Shown here piece by piece: positions 1 through 10,573 of a DNA stretch of 54,388 nucleotides. The translations under genes were made by a program, and so were the position numbers. Each line of letters begins with the position of its first letter. Within the stretch, counting starts at the first letter, position 1. Below the pieces are notes generated by a model. That model ran no database searches and was not told the origin of the DNA. It was given only the letters and a program-made list of their open reading frames with translations. The stretch is from Acidobacteriota bacterium (lineage in GTDB: Bacteria > Acidobacteriota > Polarisedimenticolia > Gp22-AA2), in assembly GCA_041482595.1 (NCBI GenBank), contig JBGPED010000001.1, positions 1 through 54,388 on the forward strand, given 5' to 3'.

Positions 1-1737
<1,737 letters not shown>

Positions 1738-1787
1738 GGGCGCGCCCGATCGGGCCGGACGATCCTGAGAATCGCAAGGAGGAGCGC

Positions 1788-2234
1788 ATGACCGTCGTCA
1801 AATGGGACCCATACCGTGATTTGTGGAGCCTCCAGGATCGCGTCAACCGTCTGTTTCAGGAAGGGATGGCCCAGCGGCAGGGACAGGAGGATTTGCAGGC
1901 CGGTCAGTGGACGCCGCCGGTGGACATCTTCGAGAACGCGGAGAAAATCGTGCTCCGCGCCGATCTCCCCGGGGTGGATCAGGACGACATCGAGCTGAGG
2001 GTGGAGGACGGCACGCTCCTGATACGGGGGCAGCGGAAGCTTCCCGGGGACATCCGCCCCGAAGATATGCACCGCGCGGAACGTCCCCATGGCACCTTCG
2101 TCCGCTCCTTCGGCCTGCCGACGAACATCGACCAGGCCGGGATCCGCGCCACCCAGAAGAACGGTGTCCTGGAGGTGATCCTGCCGAAGAAGCAGGAATC
2201 GAAGGCGAAGGCGATCCGCATCGAGGTGAAGTGA
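1788..2234 (+). CDS. small heat-shock protein, Hsp20/alpha-crystallin family
   Basis: 148 aa with alpha-crystallin core (WTPPVDIFE...LRADLPGV...GVLEVILPK). AAGGAGG Shine-Dalgarno just upstream of the ATG. Confidence 0.9.
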   Translation: MTVVKWDPYRDLWSLQDRVNRLFQEGMAQRQGQEDLQAGQWTPPVDIFENAEKIVLRADLPGVDQDDIELRVEDGTLLIRGQRKLPGDIRPEDMHRAERPHGTFVRSFGLPTNIDQAGIRATQKNGVLEVILPKKQESKAKAIRIEVK

Positions 2235-2329
2235 CGCGGGTGGAATGGGCGCCCGCCGCCGGGCGGGTTACAATGCGACGCCGACACCGGACACACCGGC
2301 TGGCGCGCGACGAGGAGACGACACATCCG

Positions 2330-3169
2330 ATGAACGCCTTGAAGACAGCATTCCTCCTGGGACTGCTCTCCGCCCTGATCGTGGCCATGGGCGGCCTGTT
2401 CGGCGGACCGAACGGGATGTACATCGCCCTGGGAGTGGCGGCCGTGATGAACTTCTTTTCCTACTGGTTCTCCGACCGCATCGTCCTGGCGCTGCACCGG
2501 GCCCAACCGGTCGGCCGCGAGCAGGCGCCCGAGCTGTACGAGATCCTGGAGCGTCTCACCGCGCGCGCCGGGATTCCCATGCCGCGCGTCTACGTCCTTC
2601 CGGAGGAAGCCCCGAACGCCTTCGCCACGGGACGGGACCCGCAGCACGCGGCCGTCGCCGTGACGCATGGAATTCTGCGCATCCTGAACGCCGAGGAGCT
2701 CGAGGGGGTCCTGGCGCACGAGCTGTCGCACGTGAAGAACCGCGACATCCTGATCGGCTCGATCGCGGCGACCCTGGCCGCGGCGATCATGGTGATCGCC
2801 AACATGGCCCGCTGGGCCGCGATCTTCGGAGGCGGCCAGCGCGACGACCGCCAGGGCACGAACCCGATCGCCCTGCTCGCCGGGATCATCCTGGCTCCCA
2901 TCGCGGCGACGCTCATCCAGCTCTCCGTGTCGCGCGCCCGCGAGTACCAGGCGGACGCCAGCGGGGCGGAGCTCACGCACAACCCGTACGGGCTCGCCCA
3001 TGCGCTGCAGAAGCTGGAGGACGCCAGCCGCCGGATCCCGATGCTGACTGCGGGGCCGGCCTCGAGCCATCTGTTCATCGTCAAGCCGTTCACGGGTGCG
3101 GCTCTGGCGAACCTCTTCAGCACGCACCCGCCGATCCGCGAGCGCATCCGGCGTCTCCTGGGGCACTGA
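2330..3169 (+). CDS. htpX: HtpX-type M48 zinc metalloprotease (membrane)
   Basis: In-frame ATG at 2330 inside the 1823..3169 ORF ([13 protein letters not shown]...). Has TM helices, the HELSHV zinc motif and an HtpX-like C-terminus ([13 protein letters not shown]). Confidence 0.9.
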   Translation: MNALKTAFLLGLLSALIVAMGGLFGGPNGMYIALGVAAVMNFFSYWFSDRIVLALHRAQPVGREQAPELYEILERLTARAGIPMPRVYVLPEEAPNAFATGRDPQHAAVAVTHGILRILNAEELEGVLAHELSHVKNRDILIGSIAATLAAAIMVIANMARWAAIFGGGQRDDRQGTNPIALLAGIILAPIAATLIQLSVSRAREYQADASGAELTHNPYGLAHALQKLEDASRRIPMLTAGPASSHLFIVKPFTGAALANLFSTHPPIRERIRRLLGH

Positions 3170-3211
3170 CGACCGGCCGGGCGCTGACCGGGTCGCCGAT
3201 TGGAATCGATC

Positions 3212-3907
3212 ATGAAAGAGAACAGCAGGACGGGCGGCACACAGGACGAGAGCCAGGAGAAGGCGTTTTCGGTGATCGATCGACGTCCGGCCTTCCGGAA
3301 CGAGGCCCCGGCGGCCTTGGAGCCGCGCTACCCCTCGGTCGTCGAGGAGCTGAAGACCCGTGCCGAGGAGGCGGAGCGCCGGGCCCGGGAGATCAGCGCG
3401 GCCTACCGCCAGATCGAGGAGGAGCGCGAGGCCTTCCGAGTGCGCCTGGCGCGCGACCTTGAGCGCAGGGTCGACATTGCGCGCGTCGAAATGATGCGCA
3501 AGGTGCTCGGGGTCCTCGATGACCTCGACCGGGCGATCGCGGTCGGCGCCGGCTCACCGGACGCCGGCCCACTCCTGTCCGGCGTGACGCTCATCCGCGA
3601 TCATCTCCTCCAGATCCTGGCATCCGAGGGAGTTCAGGCGCTCGACCTGGTGGGACAGCGCTTCGACCCCGCCGTGGCCGAAGCGGTCTCGGTGGAGGAG
3701 ACAGGCGATCCCGTACGGGACAACCTGGTCCTGGCGGAAAGCGGCAGAGGCTACACGCTCGGCACCACACTCCTGCGCCCGGCGCGCGTCAGGGTGGCGC
3801 GCTACCCCGGGGCGGCGAGTCCGGACCCGCATCCAGAAGACGCGGCGCCGGTCGAAGGGGATTCGCGCGAAGCGGCTCTGCCCGGGCCCGGGAGCCGGGC
3901 GGAGTGA
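3212..3907 (+). CDS. grpE: GrpE nucleotide exchange factor with Pro/Ala-rich C-terminal tail
   Basis: Long helix plus beta domain (AYRQIEEEREAFRVRLARDLERR...VLGVLDDLDRA...GYTLGTTLLRPARVRV). I prefer ATG 3212 over the TTG at 3200 used by the ORF track. Confidence 0.85.
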   Translation: MKENSRTGGTQDESQEKAFSVIDRRPAFRNEAPAALEPRYPSVVEELKTRAEEAERRAREISAAYRQIEEEREAFRVRLARDLERRVDIARVEMMRKVLGVLDDLDRAIAVGAGSPDAGPLLSGVTLIRDHLLQILASEGVQALDLVGQRFDPAVAEAVSVEETGDPVRDNLVLAESGRGYTLGTTLLRPARVRVARYPGAASPDPHPEDAAPVEGDSREAALPGPGSRAE

Positions 3908-5153
3908 TGTCGCTCCGCGGCAACCCGGGCCTGACAGCCGGTTCGAGCAGATCCTCAGGCGCCCTGCCGTCGATGTCCTCGGGACACTTCATGCCGAGGA
4001 GCCTGCAGACGAGCGGGGCCACGTCCACGGCCCGCAGCCGAGAGCACAGGGCGCCTCGCCTCACCCCCGCCCCCCAGGCGTAGAAGATCCCCTGCATCTC
4101 GGTCTGCTCGGGCGGGTAGCCGTGCATGCCCCGGGCCGGCCTCTCTTCCCCGCGACCGTCCGCGAAGTACGTTCCCGGCGGGGCGATGGCCACGAGATCG
4201 CCCGTGCGCTCGGGCTGCCGGTACCGTAACCCTCCGGGCAGCGATTCCATCCTGTAGACGGTCATCACGGGAACGCTCTTCAGTGCGGACTCGGCGGCGC
4301 CGCAGGCACGGAGGTCCGGGCAGTAGACGTTGCAGACGGCCCCCGTGGAGACGGCGCGGACCGGCCGCGACTCCCCCCGGCCGAACAGGTCCCGGGTCCT
4401 CAGCACGCGCGAGACACCCGCCATGCCGTGATCCGAGACGACGATCAGCGCCGATTTCGGCACTCGCTCGAGGGCCCGCAGCAGACGCGCCACCAGACGG
4501 TCGGTCTGACGCACCCGCTCGAGCACCGCCACGGACTCGGGACCGTCGGCGTGACCCGCGGCGTCCGGCCCGTGCAGGTAGGACAGGATCAGACGGGGGC
4601 GGTCATCTCCCTGCAGCGAGAGCCACCGGATGATGCGCTCGATCTTCTCCCGGTCGGTCGTCTCCGCCGAGTACGGCACGCGGCGTGTCGCCGCGACTCC
4701 CCGCCAGGGCGTGTACGAAAAGACCCAGTGGTACACGGCGGTCCGCACACCCTGACGCTCCGCCGTCACCCAGATCGGCTCGGCCAGGAGCCACGAGGCA
4801 TCGTCGTCGCGGCGGTAGGGCCCGCGCCGGCGGTCGAGGAATTCGTTGTTGACGATGCCGTGCCTGTCGGGGAAGACACCGGTCGCGAGACTGGCGTGGG
4901 CAGGGAAGGTCGAGGAGGGGAACGGTGGCAGCAGCGCCCGGCAGGACGCTCCCTCCGAGGCCAGGCGCGCGAATGTCGCCGCCCCGGCCCGGGCGGGGTA
5001 GTCCCAGCGCATGCCGTCGACGGAGAGGACGACGACGGTGTCGGCGGGTCCGGCAGCCGTCCCGGCCTCCGCGCGCACCCAGGCGGCGGCCGCCAGGAAC
5101 ACCACGGCCAGGCCCCGGCCGGCCAGGGACGGGAGACCGCGGCGCTCAGGCAA
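3789..5153 (-). CDS. secreted nucleotide pyrophosphatase/phosphodiesterase (NPP, alkaline-phosphatase superfamily)
   Basis: Signal peptide. Metal/nucleophile motifs VLSVDGMRWDY, SSTFPAHASLATG and VVSDHGMAG are typical of ectonucleotide pyrophosphatases. The 3' tail overlaps grpE by 119 bp. Confidence 0.8.
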   Translation of the reverse strand: MPERRGLPSLAGRGLAVVFLAAAAWVRAEAGTAAGPADTVVVLSVDGMRWDYPARAGAATFARLASEGASCRALLPPFPSSTFPAHASLATGVFPDRHGIVNNEFLDRRRGPYRRDDDASWLLAEPIWVTAERQGVRTAVYHWVFSYTPWRGVAATRRVPYSAETTDREKIERIIRWLSLQGDDRPRLILSYLHGPDAAGHADGPESVAVLERVRQTDRLVARLLRALERVPKSALIVVSDHGMAGVSRVLRTRDLFGRGESRPVRAVSTGAVCNVYCPDLRACGAAESALKSVPVMTVYRMESLPGGLRYRQPERTGDLVAIAPPGTYFADGRGEERPARGMHGYPPEQTEMQGIFYAWGAGVRRGALCSRLRAVDVAPLVCRLLGMKCPEDIDGRAPEDLLEPAVRPGLPRSDITPPGSRARAEPLRANPLRPAPRLLDAGPDSPPRGSAPP

Positions 5154-6165
5154 GGTAGGCGAAGGCGAACCCGACCTGGGCGAACATCATCATGAGATAC
5201 ATGTGCGTCCAGGACGGGTGGTTCTCCGAACTGGCCAGGGCCGCCGGGTCGCGCAGGATGAGCCGGGCGGTCCAGGCCCCCCAGCCGGAGAGCGCCAGTC
5301 CCAGAAGGGTCAGCAGGGTGCGGTCCCCCGTCAGGATCGGGCCCGACCCGAACGGATCGGGGAGCCAGGCGCCGATCGGGATCAGCAGCCACGGCAGGCA
5401 GAAGAACGGTGCTATGAAGCGCGCCGCCTTGTCGACCCCCAGCCGGATCGGCAGCGTGAGGCAACCGTGGGCGGCGTCCCCCCCCATGTCGGAGAAGTCC
5501 TTGCTCGACGTGGCACCCAGGAGGAACAGCAGGAAGATCGATCCGATGTACCAGGGCTCCACGTGGAGCACGCTCGCGACCATGGACCAGCCCGCGACCT
5601 TGAGGAGACAGCCGCGCGGCACGGCGATGGTGAGATTGGCCCAGATGCCGAACCGCTTGGTCCGCCCCCAGACCGGGTCGGAGTACACCAGCGTGAGCAC
5701 GAGACCCGCGAGGTAGATGAAGAAGCACTGGTGTTCTGCAAGGGGTGCTGCGACCTTCTCCCAGAACGTGCTGCGCGGGTAGACGACGATGAGCCAGGTG
5801 GGCAGAAGCGCCACGACGTAGAGGAGAACCGCGAAGCGCATTCCCGCCCTCGTGGAGATCGCCCCCGACGGCAGAGGTCTCTGCGGCTTGTTGCGACGGT
5901 CGATCTCCAGGTCGTGGTACTGGTTGATGACGTTGCTCGCGGCGTTCAGGAACGCGGCGGTGACGGATCCGAGCGCGATCATCGCCAGGACCGGGGTCGT
6001 GAAGCGGCGCTCCGGGTCCGGGCTGTGGGCCGAACCGAACGCCGTCAAGGCGCCCGACACGACGCCAAAGGTCGGAGGCAGAAGAGTGAAGGGCCGGGTG
6101 AATGCGAAGTAGAGCCGCGCCCGCGAGGCGAAGCTCCTGACCCTGGTCACCGCGATCCCGCTCAT
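5146..6165 (-). CDS. UbiA-superfamily aromatic/glycerol prenyltransferase (integral membrane)
   Basis: Polytopic protein. First Asp-rich motif NVINQYHDLEIDRRNKPQRPLPSG (NxxxDxxxD plus the RPLPSG seen in ChlG/DGGGP-synthase-like members). Second motif DFSDMGGD. 8-bp overlap with the downstream NPP gene. Confidence 0.8.
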   Translation of the reverse strand: MSGIAVTRVRSFASRARLYFAFTRPFTLLPPTFGVVSGALTAFGSAHSPDPERRFTTPVLAMIALGSVTAAFLNAASNVINQYHDLEIDRRNKPQRPLPSGAISTRAGMRFAVLLYVVALLPTWLIVVYPRSTFWEKVAAPLAEHQCFFIYLAGLVLTLVYSDPVWGRTKRFGIWANLTIAVPRGCLLKVAGWSMVASVLHVEPWYIGSIFLLFLLGATSSKDFSDMGGDAAHGCLTLPIRLGVDKAARFIAPFFCLPWLLIPIGAWLPDPFGSGPILTGDRTLLTLLGLALSGWGAWTARLILRDPAALASSENHPSWTHMYLMMMFAQVGFAFAYLA

Positions 6166-6239
6166 GCGCCGGGCGTAGGATACTCGCCGCCCCGCCGCCG
6201 CACAAATCGCGATCGCAACGGGCCGGATGGCTTCGAGAG

Positions 6240-7448
6240 CTAGGGGGAATGGACGATCCGCGGCACCGCCCCGCAGCGGCTCTCCATGAGGGGCAGGTAT
6301 CTGTCCCGGAGAAGGGTGCGGAGGCGTATCTCGATCGCGATCCCCGCCCCGGCGGGCAGGTCGACTCCGGGGGCCTCTCCGGCCGCTTCTTCCGCAGCGG
6401 ACTCCGGCTCCAGCAGCCGGACGACGGCCGCGCCGCGCCGCTCTGGAGACGGGACACCCGCAACCTTGCCGGCGGAGGACGCCAGCACGAAGAGTGACGT
6501 AATGTCGGGATCGACCGACGGCCCGTCCCGCCGCACGGCGCAGGTGTACCCTTCGGACGACAGGGCCACCGTCCCGTCCTGGTGAACAGATACCCGATAG
6601 GTCGTGTACAAGAACAGAAGGACCTGTCCAGGACGTCCGACCGCCGCGGACCGCAGGGCGGCCTCGGGAAGGTTCGCCTGCATCCGTGCGGCCCCCTTCC
6701 GTTCCTCCGCAACGTCCTGCCGCGCCCCACCGGCCTCGGCGACCCCGGCGGCGGCAGAGGCGGAGCCGGATCCCGCGGACGGCGCAGCGAAGTCGCCCGC
6801 CTCGATCGCCGGTCGTGTCTCGAGCCTCTCCCCTTCGCGGACCTCGCCGACGATCACGGGTGCCGGTGTTTCGGAGGGGCGCGCTGCCCGTTCCATCATC
6901 TTCCGACCCATGGCGGAAGGAGCAGCATTCCTTTTCGGCTGCGACTCATCCCCGATATAGCCCAGCTCCCTCAGAGACGCGACATCCCCGGGGTTCGCGG
7001 GGACGGCGGGCTGCGCCACCGGCTCCTTCTCGACCTTGGCGCGATCGCTCTCGACGATCGTGTCCGGGGCGGCCGACCGGGTGACCGGCGATGACAGCGG
7101 GGGCGCATGCTCCCGCCGCGTCGCCCATAGACCGATCGTCAGGACGATGCCGGCGGCCGCGGCGAGCCCCAGACGGTAGTACCCGATCCTGTGCCGGGGC
7201 GGCGGTGCTTTGGCGGCTCCCCCCGTTCCGATCTTCAGGCGGATATGCGACCGGAGATCCGCCGGGACGGGAGGTGCCTCCTCCCGTGTCGCGATTGCCG
7301 CCATCGCCTGGAAATCGTCCAGAAGGCCCCTGCAGGAACTGCACTCGGCGACATGCGCCTCGACGCCGGCGCGTTCGAGGTCCGCAAGCTCGCCGTCCAG
7401 GTAGGCGGAGAGCAGCTCGCGCGGGTGGACATCCCTCCGATCGGTCAC
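6240..7448 (-). CDS. anti-sigma factor (zf-HC2 N-terminus, one TM, large periplasmic domain)
   Basis: GTG at 7448 overlaps the sigma-factor stop (GTGA). Contains LLSAYLDGEL...HVAECSSCRGLL (zf-HC2), then TM YYRLGLAAAAGIVLTIGLWA. The upstream part of the 483-aa track ORF is shadow. Confidence 0.8.
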   Translation of the reverse strand: MTDRRDVHPRELLSAYLDGELADLERAGVEAHVAECSSCRGLLDDFQAMAAIATREEAPPVPADLRSHIRLKIGTGGAAKAPPPRHRIGYYRLGLAAAAGIVLTIGLWATRREHAPPLSSPVTRSAAPDTIVESDRAKVEKEPVAQPAVPANPGDVASLRELGYIGDESQPKRNAAPSAMGRKMMERAARPSETPAPVIVGEVREGERLETRPAIEAGDFAAPSAGSGSASAAAGVAEAGGARQDVAEERKGAARMQANLPEAALRSAAVGRPGQVLLFLYTTYRVSVHQDGTVALSSEGYTCAVRRDGPSVDPDITSLFVLASSAGKVAGVPSPERRGAAVVRLLEPESAAEEAAGEAPGVDLPAGAGIAIEIRLRTLLRDRYLPLMESRCGAVPRIVHSP

Positions 7449-8137
7449 GGATCCTCCCCGGCGACGCACTGTCGCAGCGCCACGCGCGCCCGCGCCAGGC
7501 GCGAGCGGACCGTGCCCAGCGCCAGACCGGCGAGTGCGGCGATCTCCTCGTACGAGCGGGCGTCCACGTCCCTCAGGGTCAGAACCGCACGCCAGGCGGC
7601 CGGCAGTCGCGACAGGCACGCCGCGAGACGCCGCATGAGATCGTCCGCCTCCAGGGCCTGGAGAGGCGACGGAGATCCCCGCAGGACCCACGCCGCCGCG
7701 GCCTCCGGTCCAGCCTCGAGGCGGTCGTTCCCGTCCTCCAGGTTCCGGAACGCCCGTCGCATCTTCTCCTCCTTGCGATCGAGGTGGTTCAGGGCCCGCG
7801 TCACCGCGATCCGGTGCAGCCAGGTCGAGAACTTCGCCTCGCCCCGGTAGCCCGCCAGTCCCTGGAACGCCGCGAAGAAGACTTCCTGCACGACGTCCTC
7901 GCTGTCCTCACGGTGACGCAGGATCCGCCAGACCACGGCCCAGACTCGCGGCAGGTGCCGCTCGACGAGAAGGTCGAAGGCCTCCCGGTCACCGCCTGTC
8001 GCCCGCTCGATCAGGCGCCCGTCGCCGGCCTCCGGGGCGGACTCGGGGGTCGCGACACCCGCCCCCTCACCCGGATCGACCTTCGAGCCTCTACCCATCC
8101 GCCACAGCATGCCACGCGCTCGTGCCATCGTGCTCAT
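7445..8137 (-). CDS. ECF (group IV) sigma-70 family RNA polymerase sigma factor
   Basis: Region 2 (DREAFDLLVERHLPRVWAVVWRIL...DVVQEVFFAAF...FSTWLHRIAVTRALNHL) and region 4 (LPAAWRAVLTLRDVDARSYEEIAALAGLALGTVRSRLARAR). I chose the start at ATG 8137 because an ECF-type promoter lies inside the longer 8215 version. Confidence 0.85.
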   Translation of the reverse strand: MSTMARARGMLWRMGRGSKVDPGEGAGVATPESAPEAGDGRLIERATGGDREAFDLLVERHLPRVWAVVWRILRHREDSEDVVQEVFFAAFQGLAGYRGEAKFSTWLHRIAVTRALNHLDRKEEKMRRAFRNLEDGNDRLEAGPEAAAAWVLRGSPSPLQALEADDLMRRLAACLSRLPAAWRAVLTLRDVDARSYEEIAALAGLALGTVRSRLARARVALRQCVAGEDP

Positions 8138-8156
8138 CCGTAGAGCGCCCCCAACA

Positions 8157-8185
8157 TGAGACAGCCGGCGCCGCCCGGAAGTTCC
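8157..8185 (-). promoter_or_regulatory. candidate ECF-type (autoregulatory) promoter GGAACTT-N16-GTCTCA
   Basis: Minus strand reads GGGAACTTccgggcggcgccggctGTCTCA, ending 19 nt before ATG 8137. It matches the generic ECF -35 GGAAC(TT) and -10 GTC/CGTC pattern. Confidence 0.45.
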
Positions 8186-8243
8186 CCGGACGTCCGCACC
8201 TTCGTCCAATGCCATCCGTGAGTAGGGCGCCGGGCTGCATGAT

Positions 8244-9563
8244 TCAGAGCAGCGCCAGGAGGCCGATGCCGCTGAGCGAGCCGACCAGGGTGTTGGAAAA
8301 ATTCACCGCCTCGTTGTCGATGAGCCCCCGGCTCTCGAGGGTGGCCCCCAGCACGGAGTCGGCGGTCGATCCGATGAACGCCGCGGCGAGCACGACACCG
8401 GTTAAGCGTCCCTCCAGGAAACCCGCCGCGACCGCCACTCCGCACACCGCGGCGGACGCGGCGATTCCGGCAAACGTGCCGAGCCAGGACACAGCGCCGT
8501 TGGTGCCGGCCGGGACCCGCAGAAGCGTGGTGATCAGGACCGGGCGGCCGCCGTACGCCCGGCCGATCTCGCTGCTCACGGTGTCGAATGCGGCTGTCGC
8601 GTAGGCGCAGACGAACGCCAGGCGGAAGACGTCCGGTGACGCGGCGGCGGCGACGAGGAACGCCAGGTAGACCGCGACGCCGCAGTTCGCCAGGGCGTGC
8701 CGTGCGGATCGCGCGCCTTTCTTCTCCTGCGCGATGCCGAGTCGCTGCTTGCGGCGCAGCCCGAGGCGCGTCGAGGCGCTCCCGAGGACGAAGAAGGTGA
8801 TCAGGACGAGGAACCCCTCCCAGGAAGCAAACGTGAACGTCAGAACGCCGACCAGGAAGCCGGCGATCATCCCCGACCGGTCGACCGCGCCGCTTCGACG
8901 GAACAGGATGCCCAGGATGACGTTGATCGCCGCGCCCAGGAGAAGGGACCGCCACAACCCAGGGGCCGCCCGGACCAGACGCTCGAAATCGACCCGCATC
9001 AGGCCGGCCAGGAAAATGGCCGACAGGATCGGCACGGTGAGATTGTCGTCCAGCCGCCACGGGAGCGACTCCATGAAGGCGGCGAACAGCGACGTTGATG
9101 CCGCAAGGAGCGCCGCCTCCAGCGGTCTCCGCCCCATCCAGACGAGGACGGCCCAGGAGAAGACGAAGGCGGCGAAGGCGAAAGCACACGACCCCTCCGC
9201 CGTCTTGGATCGGTTCCAGGGGATCGGCGTCCGGCCGAGGCGGCGGCCGATCCAGCCGGCGGCGCTGTCCCCCGCCGCCAGGATCACCCACGCCGCGCCT
9301 GCGATCTCCATGTGGCGACGGAAGAGGAGGATGAGAAGGAGGACCGTCACCGGGTAGATGACGACTCCCGAGCGCCAGGGCGAGTCGCGCTCGCCGCGCC
9401 TGAACAGCGATGGACCGACACGCGGCAGGAGGAACAGGTTGAAGACGACCGCCCCGCCCGCCGCGCAGGCGGCCTGCACCGGAGTCAGGTAGGGAAGCAG
9501 GAACGCCAGTCCCCCCATGGCGAAGTGCACGATCCTGCGCGCCGTCTCACCGTGTGCCGTCAT
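8244..9563 (-). CDS. fusion protein: CTP-dependent polyprenol (dolichol/phytol, VTE5-like) kinase domain + DUF92/TMEM19 (VTE6-like) domain
   Basis: ATG 9563 overlaps the upstream stop (ATGA). N-terminal half: RRIVHFAMGG...AAGDSAAGWIGRRLGRTPIPWNRSKTAEGSCAFAF. C-terminal half: LGSASTRLGLRRK...FDTVSSEIG...PAGTNGAVSWLGT...GSTADSVLGATLE. About 12 TM segments. Confidence 0.7.
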   Translation of the reverse strand: MTAHGETARRIVHFAMGGLAFLLPYLTPVQAACAAGGAVVFNLFLLPRVGPSLFRRGERDSPWRSGVVIYPVTVLLLILLFRRHMEIAGAAWVILAAGDSAAGWIGRRLGRTPIPWNRSKTAEGSCAFAFAAFVFSWAVLVWMGRRPLEAALLAASTSLFAAFMESLPWRLDDNLTVPILSAIFLAGLMRVDFERLVRAAPGLWRSLLLGAAINVILGILFRRSGAVDRSGMIAGFLVGVLTFTFASWEGFLVLITFFVLGSASTRLGLRRKQRLGIAQEKKGARSARHALANCGVAVYLAFLVAAAASPDVFRLAFVCAYATAAFDTVSSEIGRAYGGRPVLITTLLRVPAGTNGAVSWLGTFAGIAASAAVCGVAVAAGFLEGRLTGVVLAAAFIGSTADSVLGATLESRGLIDNEAVNFSNTLVGSLSGIGLLALL

Positions 9564-10573
9564 CGCCCGTGTCGCGTCGCCCCGGCCCGCGAGGCCGTCC
9601 GGGGCCGGAGCGCTTCGATCGTCCTGCCGAGTCCCTCGCGCAGGGGAGTGATCCGGTAGCCGAGCTCGCGGACCGCCCGGTCGCTCGAGTAGACCCAGTG
9701 GTGACGAAAGGTCGCGATGGCCCCGTCCGTGATGGCCGGCGGCCGGCCCGTCAGACGTGCCCAGGCGCGCAGGAGCCGGCCGGCCGTCTCGGCCATCCAG
9801 AACGGGATCGCGATCCGCGGAGGGCGCCGGCCGGTCAGCGCGTGCAGCAGGGCGAACAGCTCGTCCTGGCTGACGTTTTCGCCTCCCAGGATGTAGCCTC
9901 TCCCCGGTGTCCCCTTTTCCAGCGCGAGCCTGTGACCCTCGGCGACGTCGTCGGCATAGGCGTAACAGATGCGGGCCGGGGTGCCTCCGAGGCGGGTCCT
10001 CAGCCGACCGGCGAGGTAGTCCGTGAAAAGCCGGTCGAGCAGGTTCCCCTGCGTCATGGCCCCCGCGCCATAGACCACGCCGGGGTAGACCGTCACCACC
10101 GGGAGCCCGTCCCCCGCCCGCTCGCGCACCAGGCGATCGGCGACCCACTTGGTGCGCTCGTACTCGGTGCGGAAGCGGAACTCGCCGCGCTCAAAGGTCT
10201 CATCGCGGGGCTCCGGGCCGGTCGGTCCAAGCGCCCCGATCGTCGAGGTGTAGAGGATGCGCCGCACGCGCCGCCGTTCCGCGGCGCGCAGGACCGCCGC
10301 GACCCCCTCGACGTTCACGCGGTCGAACTCGCGCCGATCCTTCACCCACATCTTGACGAGCGCCGCCATGTGCACGAGAGCGTCGCACCCGTCGAGCGCC
10401 CGGTCCAGGGACGCGGGATCCAGGACGTCGCCTTCGACCGGCAGGCAGCCGGCCGGCACGCTCGTCCCGCGACCCGGTCGCGCCAGCGCCATGACGGCAT
10501 GACCCGCCGACTGGAGGCGCGCGGCGACATGCGCGCCGAGGTAACCGGTCGCGCCGGTGATCAGGACCCTCAT
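9560..10573 (-). CDS. NAD-dependent epimerase/dehydratase (extended SDR; HpnA/dihydroflavonol-reductase-like)
   Basis: GATGYLG Rossmann motif at the N-terminus and catalytic YERTK (YxxxK). ATGA overlaps at both ends. Confidence 0.8.
   Translation of the reverse strand: MRVLITGATGYLGAHVAARLQSAGHAVMALARPGRGTSVPAGCLPVEGDVLDPASLDRALDGCDALVHMAALVKMWVKDRREFDRVNVEGVAAVLRAAERRRVRRILYTSTIGALGPTGPEPRDETFERGEFRFRTEYERTKWVADRLVRERAGDGLPVVTVYPGVVYGAGAMTQGNLLDRLFTDYLAGRLRTRLGGTPARICYAYADDVAEGHRLALEKGTPGRGYILGGENVSQDELFALLHALTGRRPPRIAIPFWMAETAGRLLRAWARLTGRPPAITDGAIATFRHHWVYSSDRAVRELGYRITPLREGLGRTIEALRPRTASRAGATRHGR

Noticed and set aside
4766-6730. 654-aa ORF on the minus strand
   Set aside because: It is a shadow frame overlapping the real UbiA and anti-sigma genes. 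The product is Arg/Pro/Gly-rich junk with no motifs, and the overlapping frames carry clear family signatures.
8138-8215. N-terminal extension of the ECF sigma factor (256-aa version)
   Set aside because: The extension is non-conserved-looking and contains the GGAACTT-N16-GTCTCA promoter candidate. ATG 8137 gives a normal-length ECF sigma.
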